64,000 nucleotides of DNA, taken from Lama guanicoe. Its lineage: Eukaryota. A model generated the notes under the pieces. The model was not told where the DNA came from and made no database searches. It was given only the letters and a program-made list of their open reading frames with translations. The translations under genes and the position numbers were made by a program. Where the stretch lies: assembly GCA_013239625.1 (NCBI GenBank), contig MU054187.1, forward strand, positions 24,926,433 to 24,990,432, written 5' to 3'. This document shows, piece after piece, positions 54,597 to 64,000 of this stretch (within the stretch, counting starts at the first letter, position 1; each line of letters opens with the position of its first letter).

Positions 54597-56465
54597 TTTT
54601 TAATTGAAGTAAAGTCAATTTAAAATGTGTCAATTTCTGGTGTACAGCATAATAGTTCAGTCATACATATACATACATTTGTTTTCATATTTTTTTCATT
54701 ATAGGTTACTACAAGATATTGAATATAGTTCCCTGTGCTAAACAGTTAAGTCTGTCTTTACCTATTTTGTATATTGTAGTGTGTATCTTTTAAACCCAAA
54801 TTCCCAGTTTATCCCTCCCTCCTCCTTTGGTAACCATAAATTTGTTTTCTGTCTTTGAGTCAATTTACATGTGCCAACAGTGTAGGAGGGTTTATTTTTC
54901 TCCACACCCTCTCCAGCATTTATGATTTTTATTACTTTTGAATGATGGCTATTCTGCCTGGTGTGAGGTGACACATTGTAGTTTTGATTTGCATTTCTCT
55001 AGTAATTAACACTGTTGTGTATCTTTTCATGTGCCTATTGGCCATCTGTATATTTTCATTGGAGAAATGTCTGTTTAGGTCTTTTGCTCATTTTCTGATT
55101 GGGTTTTTTTTTTATATTGAGCTGTATGAGCTGTTTGCATATTTAGGAAATTTATCCCATCAGTCACATTGTTTGTAAATATTTTCTCTCATTCTGTAGG
55201 TTGTCTTTTTGTTTTGTTTATGATTTCCTTTGCTGTGCAAAGGCTTTTATGTTTAATTAGGTCTCATTTGTTTATTTTTGTTTTTGTTTCCATGACTCCG
55301 GCGGGAGTTAGATCCAAAAACCACTGCTGCAATTTATGTCAAAGAGCCTTCTGCCTATGTTTTTCTCTAGGATTTTTAGGGTATCCAGTCTTACGTGTAG
55401 ATCTTTAATCCATTTTGAGTTTATTTTTGCATATGTATATATGCTAGAGAATATTCTAATCTTATTCTTTTACAAGTGACTGTCCAGTTTTCCCCCTACT
55501 ACTTATTGAAGGTTTCTCTTTCTGATATTTAATTGTTAAAGTACAGAAATGCAACAGATTTCTGTGCACCAATTTCCTATCCTGCAACTGTACTGATTTA
55601 TTGATGAGCTCTAGTAGTTTTCTGGTAGCATCTTTAGGGTTTTCTATGTATTGTTTTTATGTTATCTGCAAATAGTGACAGTTTTACTTTTTTCCAACTT
55701 GGATTCCTTTTATTTCTTTTTCTTCTATAACTGCTGGGGCTAAGACTTCAAAAAATATGCTGAATAAAAGTGGCTAGAGTGGACATCCTTGTCTTATTCC
55801 TGATCTTAGAGAAAATGCTTTCAGCTTTTCCCCATTGAGTATTATGTTAGCTGTTTGTCATATATGACCTTTATTATGTTGAGGTATGTTCCCTCTATGC
55901 TCACTTTCTGGAGAGTTTTTAGATGTTGGATTTTGAATTTTATCAAAAGCTTTTTCTGCATCTATTGATGTGATGATATGGTTTTTATTCTTAAATTCAC
56001 ATATGTGGTGCATCACACTAATTGATTTGCAGATATTGAAAAATCCTTGCATCCCTGTGATAAATCACACTGGATTGTGGTGCATGACCCTTTTAATGTA
56101 GTGTTGGATTTGGTTTTCTAGTATTTTGTCAAGGATTATTGCATCTATGTCCATTACTGATATTGACCTATAGTTTTCTCCTTTTTTGTGTGTTGTATCT
56201 TTGTCTGGTTTTGGTATAAGGGTGATGGTTGCCTCATTGAATGAGTTTGGAAGTGTTCTTTCCTCTGTAATTTTTAGAATAGTTTCAGAAGGATAGGCAT
56301 TAACTCTTCCCTAAATGTTTGATAGAATTTACCTGTGAAGCCATTTGGCCCTAGACTTTTGTTTTTTGGGAGTTTTAAAATTACTAATTCGATTTCAGTA
56401 CTGGCAATTGGCCTGTTCATATTTTCTATTTCTTCCTGTTTCAGTCTTGGGAGATCATACCTTTT
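54597..56465 (-). mobile_element. LINE-1 3' portion with several internal deletions
   Basis: Minus ORFs [17 protein letters not shown]...[12 protein letters not shown] (RT domain) and [16 protein letters not shown]...[17 protein letters not shown]. Confidence 0.92.
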
Positions 56466-56779
56466 TTGATTTCCAGAGATAAGAAACATGAAAAACTGCA
56501 GCTCTGGGGAAGAAATACAACCTCAAGAACAGGTACTGAGCTAGCCACCTGCTAACTCTGTGACCACATTTACAGCATCTCCAATTCTCTCAAGTCCTTC
56601 CAAATAAACTTCCAATAAAATACCTGGGCCTCTATTAAAGCCTCAAGTAAGTGGGCCAATGCAAAACTGCTAGATGGGTAGGAATGAGCATAGAGGGAGA
56701 TGGAGAAAAATTAAACAATACGCTCCCACTCATACTGAGTCTAAAAACTAAATTCCAGAGGTTTTTTTGGGGGGGAATC

Positions 56780-57610
56780 TCATATTTAGGAATAAAGCTA
56801 ATAAAAATTAATGGTTATAATAAAAATGTTACCTCAAATAAAATTATCAAACAACTATTTGTGTATTTGGGGTGTTCAAAAAATGAAATGAAGACACAAC
56901 ACTTCCATTTAAATGAGAGGAAGGTACTAAGGAACAAAAGTTTGCAACAAGAATATAAGAAAAATGACCCACTTAGAAAAATTAATTTGATCATTAAAAT
57001 TAAAAATGCAATTGAAGAGATAAATAGTAGACTATAGATAATCAAAGAATGGATTAATGCATTCAGAAGCACTAATGGACTACCATAGAGGAATTGTCCA
57101 GAATCCTGTGAGGGAAACAAAATATTGAAAAGTACAAAAGAGAAATTAAGAGAAGAGGAGACTAGATGAAAAGTTTCCAAAAACTTTAAGTACCAAAACA
57201 AGTGATTGAAAAGAATAGCTAATAAAAAAGTCATGAGTTTATAGCTGAATAGAAGAATCTGTGTACCCAGGAGTATAAATAAAAATAAATAATTCATTCA
57301 CATCTAGACATATCATGATTTAACAGCTTCAGTGATGAATAAATAATCCAAAAGGCTGTTAAAAAGATATTACTATTATGTTGACAACAGCCTTTTCATT
57401 GACAGTAATACGTTCCAGATAATAATGGAATATGTTCAAAGCGCTGAGGGAAAATAACTTCCAATATAAAATGCAGTACCCAACTAAACTATCATACTAT
57501 TATTCAAGTGTGATGGCAAAATACAGACTGTTCACTCATTAAAAGTTTAACAGAATTTATTATTCTCAAAATTACAATAAAACAACTATTAAAGTTCATG
57601 CTTTAACAAT
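56780..57610 (+). mobile_element. Ancient L1 ORF1 or HAL1-like relic
   Basis: A-rich; IKNAIEEINSRL and TTCAAAGCGCTGAGGGAAAATAACTTCCAA...TACCCAACTAAACTATC resemble L1 ORF1 C-terminal motifs. Confidence 0.55.
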
Positions 57611-57617
57611 AAGACAG

Positions 57618-57660
57618 TGTATTATTAGTCAAGGTTCTCCAGAGAAAGAGGATCAATAGG

Positions 57661-57706
<46 letters not shown>

Positions 57707-58147
57707 ATGAGGGTTGGCTCACATGAGTATGGAGACTGGGAATTCCTATGAATTGTAGTCTGCAGGGTAAAAGGCTAGGAAAGCTAGTAGTGCAGTTCCA
57801 ATCAAAACTTGAGAGTCTAGTAACTAGAGAAGTTAATGGTATAAGTCTCAGTCCAAGTCCAAATGCTTAAGACTCAAGAGCACCAGTATTTGAAGGCAGA
57901 AGAAGATGGATTTCTCAGCTCAAGAAGAGAGCAAATTTGCCTTTCCTTCATCTTTCTGTTCTATTCAGGATCTCAACATATTGGTTGATGCCCACTCACA
58001 TTGGTGAGGGCAATATTATTTATTCAGTCTACAGATTCAAATGTTAATTTCTTCTAGAAATTCCACTGCAACTGCACCCAGAAGTACTGTTTTACTATCT
58101 ATCTGGGCACCTCTTTACCCAATGAAGTTTACACATTAAACATCATA
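57618..58147 (-). mobile_element. ERVL solo LTR (MLT2 family) containing (AGAT)9 at 57661-57696
   Basis: TGTATTATTAGTCAAGGTTCTCCAGAGAAA...AATAGGA, GATGCCCACTCACATTGGTGAGGGC and CTACAGATTCAAATGTTAAT are MLT2 hallmarks. Confidence 0.85.
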
Positions 58148-58214
58148 GATGGTGAACTTAGAGTGAAGGTGGGACATAAAAATTTCTGAATTGAACTCTA
58201 ATTTGATAACATGT

Positions 58215-61200
58215 AGATCAAGATGGCATAGTAAGAGAATGTAAAACTCACCCCCACAACATATCAAAAATCCATCTACTTGTATGTTCACTGAACAGTT
58301 CTCACTGAAAACTGCCTGGAAACAGGCAGAAGAACTGCTATACAGCCAAGGCTGAAAGAAAAATACAAATGTAATTAGGTAGAAAGTAAGAGAAGAAAAG
58401 CACTTGGTTTGGGACCTGTGCCTCTGGGAGGGGACTCAGAGGAAAAGGGAGACTGCATGAGTGGACACGTGCCTTGGGGAGTGAGCACATCAAGCCACAG
58501 GCTGGGTGCCTCAGTCCTATACAGAGGCGACAAGGCTGTCTATCTGGCTGGAGAATTGCTGGAACAAGTAGAAAGTCTGGAGAAGGCTGGACTCCCCTCA
58601 TAAGGAGCATGCAGGCACTGGCTAGCCCCAGAAGTAAGGCAAAGAGATGGCTGCTTTAGGACTTTGCAGGTTTCCTGCATCTCCCTTGCTGTGTGCCCTA
58701 GCCTAAGCTGAAATGAATGCTCTGGCCCTGGTCACTCCATGCCAGTGTGTCCCTGGATCTGGAGTGGCAAGACCCAGGGGAAACACTCAACCTTGAGACA
58801 CAGAAGCCACCTAGTCCTGGGGCAGAGCCTGGGTGCAGCTGCAGCAGCCACCATTGGTGCTTACTCAAGCAGTGCCCCAGAAGCAGCTCATTTTCAGACA
58901 GAAGCTCCTCTACCACAGCTAACTCACATCATACATACAGAGAAGTCATATGGGCTATGCTTCCCCTATAGGGTGGTTCTATAACAGGGTGGGATTGTGG
59001 AGGTTGGGACAGTGATCAGCTATGAGAAACAGGGTAGAAAGAGATCTGGTATAGAGGCTGCTGGGTTTCCCATGACTGCCTGTTCGTGTGCCACAGAATT
59101 AGCTTGTGTTAGCTCTTGCCCCACTCATGCCATAGTGTGGCACTGGATGTGGAGCAGCCATGAAGGGGTAAACACTTGACTATGGGCTGTGTCTGAGAGG
59201 AGACACAGACGCCAACACAAGTGGTGCATCTGACCTCTGCATGTGAATGGGCCCCGCTTCCTTCAGCATTCCCCTGTTGTGGGACAAAGGTCCAGGGGTG
59301 GGGGGAAGGAAGTCACATACTTACAGTGAACAGAGTCAGCTCAAGCCCAACCCTCAGAATTACTGCTCCAGCAACTTGGGGTCACATGTCACCCTGATAG
59401 GGCAATGACAGCCACTGAGCAGGGAGAAAGTCTTGCTCCACACCAGGTGCCAACCCTAGACCATCCATCTCCAGCTCCACTCCCTACCAAGGTGATAGCT
59501 GCTAGAAAAGATGAGGAAAACTGTGGCTGACATCTACATCAAACCAGCTTTTCCACTAAAGGCATTGGGCACATGAAGTATGCACAGCGATACTCCCACA
59601 TAAAAGTAACTCTTTTAGACCTGCATTAGGTAACTGTTTCACTTAAATTCATAGAGGCAGAGAAAGTTAAGTAAAATGAAAAGGCATAGAAACTACTCTC
59701 AACTGAGAGAGCAAGAGAAAAGCCCCTGAAAAAAATAAATAATGAAACAGAAATAAAAATTTACCAGAGAAAGAATTCAAAATGTTGGTAAATAAAATTG
59801 TTACTTAAATCAATAGAAAATGTTAAAAAAATTGTTACCTGAATTAGGAAAAACAATTGATCAAATGAAATAAACTTTAAAACAAAGGTTATAAAAAAAG
59901 ACAAAGATGTGCATTATATAATGATAAAGGAATCGATAGGAGAAGGGGACCTTGCACTCATTAACATATTTGCACCCAATACAGGAGCACCTAAATATAT
60001 AAAGCAAATACTAACAGACATAAGGAGAGAAACTGACAATAATACAATAGTAATAAGGAACTTTAACACCACACTTACATCAATGGACAGATTATCCAGA
60101 CAGAATATCAATAAGGAAATAGTGTTCTTAAATGCCACAGTAGACCAGTTGGACTTAATAGATAACTACAGGACATTACATAGAAAACATCAGACTTGAC
60201 ATTCTTTTGAAATGTACATGTAATGTTCACCAGGATAAATCACATGCTAGTCCACAAAACAAGTCTCAACAAATTTAAGAGGATAGAAAGTATATCAAGC
60301 ATCTTTTTTTCTGACCACAATGGTATGATTCTAGAAATCAACTGCAGAGAGAAATATGGGAAAAGAACAAATGTAGAGACTAAATGATACACTACTAAAA
60401 AATCAATAGGTCAATGAAGATATCAGAGAGGAGATCAGGAAATACCTTGAGACAAATGAAAACATAACACTCCATAACATGGAATGCAGCACAAGCATTT
60501 CTCAGAGGGAAGTTCATAGCAATACAGGCCTTCCTTGAGAAACAAATAAACAAAAAAATCTGAAATAAACAACCTAAGCTACCACCTAAAATAATTAGAA
60601 AAAGAAGAACAACTAAAGCCTCACATTAGCAGAAGGAAGGAAAACATAAAGATCAGAGAGGAAATAACAAAATAGAGGTTAAAAAATAGAAAAGGTCAAC
60701 AAAACCAAGAGCTGGTTTTTGAAAAGATTAATGAAACTGAATAACTTTCATCAGGCTTACCAAGAAGAAAAGAGAGAGAATCCAAATAAAATAAATAAAA
60801 GAAGAAAAATAACAATTGAAACCACAGAGATACAAATAATGGTAAGAGAATACTATGAAGAGTTACATGCCAACAAATTGGCCAACATAGTAAAAATGGA
60901 CAAATTTCTAGAAACATACAACCTACCAAAACTGAATTAAGAAAAAACAGAATTTGAACAGACCTATCACAAGTAGTGACATTTAATTTGTAATCAAAAA
61001 TAAAAAAAACTTCCAGCGAAAAAAATTCTAAGACTAGATGGCTTCACAGGGGGATTCTACCAAACATATAAAGATATCTATCTTCTTAAACTAGTACAGA
61101 AAAATGAAGAGGACAAAACATTGTCAAATTCATTTTACGAGGCCATAATTACCTGATTTCAAAACCAGACAGACTACAAAAAAAAAAAAAGAAAATTACA

Positions 61201-64000
61201 GCCCAATACCTTTGATGAATATAGATATAAGAAAATAAATTAAACAAAATATAAAAATGATCATACACCACAATTAAGTTGTATTTATTTCAGAGGCACA
61301 GGAATGGTTCGACATTCTCAAGTCAATCAAGGTGATACACCACAATAACAAAACAAAGGATGACAATCTCATGATCATCTCAATAGATGCAGGAAAAGCA
61401 TTTGATAAAATTCAACATTCATTTACGATAAATAATCTCATCAAAGTGGTTACAGAGGGAACATATCTTGACCAAATAAAGGCCATTTATGACAAGTTTA
61501 TGGCCAACATCATACTCAATGGTGAAAAGCTGAAATTCTTCCCACTAAATTCAGAAACAAAACAAGGATGTGCACTGTCACCACATCTATTTACATAAGT
61601 AATGGAAGTCCTAGCCACGCAATCAGAGAAGGAAAAGAAATAAAAGTCAACCAAACTGAAAGGGAAAAAGTAAAATTATCACTATTTGCAGATGACATGA
61701 TACTTTATATGGAAAACCCTGTCTCCACCTAAAAACTATTATAACTATTCAGCAAAGTTGCAGGATAGAAAGTTAATATACAAATATCAGTTGCTTTTCT
61801 ATACACTAATACTAAACTATCAAAAAGAGAAAGTTAAAAAAACATTTAAAATTGCATCAAAATGTATAAAATACTTAGGAATAAGCTTATCCAAGGAGAT
61901 AAATGACATATACTCTGAAAATTATAAAACATTGATGAAGGAAAGTAAAGATCATAGAAAAAAATAGAATGATATCTCATGGTCTTAAAAAATTAATATT
62001 GTTACAATGGTCATACTACCCAAAACAATCTATGGACTTAATGCAACTCCCTATCAAAATATCCATGACATTTTCTAAAGAACTAGAACAAATTATCCTA
62101 AAATTCATATGAAACCATAAAAGCCCCAAATTGCCAAACTAATCTTGAGAAAAACAAAAACAAAAAACTGAAGGTATTGCCTTTCCAGACTTCAGACTAT
62201 ATTACAAAGCTACAGTAATCAAAGCAGCATGGCTTTGGCACAAAAACTGACACATAAATCAGTGGAACAAGATAGCCCAGAAATAAACCCATGCACTTCT
62301 GGTTAATTAATCTAAGAAAAACAAGGCAAGAATATACAATGGAGAAAAGACTGTATCTTCAACAAGTAGTGCTGGGAAAACTGGACAGCTCCATGTAAAA
62401 TAATGAGATTAGAACATTACCTCACACTACATTCAAAAATAATCTCTAGGTAGGTTAAAGACCTAAATGTAAGATCTGAAATCATAAAACTCCTAGAAAA
62501 GCACATAGGCAGAACAATATTTGACATAAATTCTAGCAGTATTTTTTTGTTCCCATCTCACAGGCAGAAGAAACAAAATAACAATTGAAACCACAAAGAT
62601 ATAAATAATGGTAAGAGAATACTATGAATGCAAATCTCTATCAAAATACCCATGACTTTTTAATGTATTTTAAAAGTAAACAACTGGGACCTAATTAAAC
62701 TAAAAAGCTTTTGCACAGCTAAGGAAACCATCAACAAAACAAAAATACCACCCACTGTGTGGGAGAAAATATTTGCAAATGATAAAAATGCAGAAACAGC
62801 ATGTACAACTCAGTATCAAAAAAAAAAGCAAAACAACAACCCTGTCAAAAAATGGGCAGAAGACCTGATAGATATTTTTCAAAGAAGACATACACATGGG
62901 TAATAGGCACACAAAAAGATGCTCAACATCACTAATTATTAGAGAAATGCAAATCAGAACAACGAGATAGCATCTCACACCTGTCAGAATAGCTATCATC
63001 AAAAAGTCTACAAATAACAAATACTAGAGAGGATATGGAGAAAAAAGAACCTTTTTACACTCTTGGTAGGAATGTAAATTATTGTGTCCACTATGGATCC
63101 ACAGTACAGAGATTCCTCAAAAAACTAGAAATAGTAATGCCATATGATCCAACAGTTACATTCCTGGATATACATCCATAAGAAATGGAAATACTAATTC
63201 AAAAAGATACATGAAAAATGATTATGAATCAATAAAAATGTAAAAAAAAAAAGATACATGAACCTCAATGTTCATGTCAGCACTATTTACAATAGCCACA
63301 ATAGGGAAGCAACCTAAATGCCCACCAAGATATGATAGATAAAGAATATGTAGAAGGTGTACATGAACTATTACTCATCCATAATAAAGAATGAAATTCT
63401 ATTTCCAGCAAGATAGATGTATCTAGAAAATATTATGCTTTGTGAAATAGGCTGGACAGAGAAGGACAAATACTATGTGAAATCATTTATATGTGAACCT
63501 AAAATTAATAAAAGTGAATGTATATGCAAAAGAAAAAGAACTCACAGATGTGGAAAACAAACTCGTGGTCACCAAAGGGGAGCGGGAATGGAGGAGGGGA
63601 AAATCAGGGATATGAATTAAAAGATACAAACTACTATGTACAAAATAGATAAGCAGCAGGATATATTTTGTTTTATTTAAGTTGAAATATAGTCAGTTTA
63701 CTGTGTGTGCAATATGTTAATTTCTGGTGTGCAGATAACTGATTAAGTTTTATTTATATATATACACACACACACACATACATACACACATACACACACA
63801 CACACAATATATATATTCCCTTTCATATTCTTTTCCATTATAGGCTATTACAAGGTATAGGATATATTTTATAGCACAGGAAATTATGACCATTATCTTG
63901 TAATAACTTATAATACGGTATACTTTGTAAGAATACTGAATCATTATGTTCTACACTTGAAACTAACATAATATTTAAATCAACAATACTTCAATTTAAG
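58215..64000 (+). mobile_element. Formerly full-length LINE-1, decayed (5' UTR, start of ORF1, deletion near 59865, ORF2, 3' UTR)
   Basis: 5' GATCAAGATGGC; EN peptide HYIMIKESI...NIFAPNTGAPKYIKQILTD; RT peptide [16 protein letters not shown] and LFADDM codons at ~61682; many stops and frameshifts; L1 terminus at the window end. Confidence 0.95.
63670..63858 (-). mobile_element. Short antisense LINE-1 tail nested in the 3' UTR of the larger L1
   Basis: Reverse L1 terminus with a CA/TA repeat; TSD AGGATATATTTT at 63658-63669 and 63859-63870. Confidence 0.85.

Noticed and set aside
49790..56465. L1 5' piece and L1 3' piece as one interrupted element
   Set aside because: Both are on minus but in the wrong order (5' piece lies left of the 3' piece), so they are independent copies
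57350..57396. 11-bp inverted repeat AAAAGGCTGTT...AACAGCCTTTT
   Set aside because: A/T-rich arms with a 25-nt spacer inside an ancient L1 relic; plausibly chance
58215..64000. Potentially active full-length L1
   Set aside because: Most of ORF1 is deleted and ORF2 has many stops, frameshifts and insertions

Overview
AT-rich, gene-poor mammalian DNA. It is probably a cetartiodactyl, most likely a camelid; this is inferred from the young LINE-1 3' tails and the absence of Alu, B1, BovB, Bov-tA, PRE1 and Can-SINE elements. No intact protein-coding gene is supported. Roughly 40% of the window is decayed LINE-1: two formerly full-length copies (35798-41199 on minus, 58215-64000 on plus), many fragments, and several ultra-short tails with target-site duplications (TSDs). 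It also holds ERVL/MaLR and ERV1 solo LTRs, MIR and L2 relics, small DNA transposons, microsatellites, and a fossil hAT (Blackjack-type) transposon with a readable transposase split by nested L1s. The one gene-derived feature is a processed LIMD2 pseudogene (28957-30247) inserted into a MIR, tail-to-tail with an antisense L1 that shares its target site. Unusually, this retrocopy keeps a CpG island and its inferred substitutions are mostly A/T to G/C, suggesting GC-biased gene conversion at a local recombination hotspot. Repeat family names and the LIMD2 reference protein are recalled from memory, not searched, and boundaries of old repeats are approximate.
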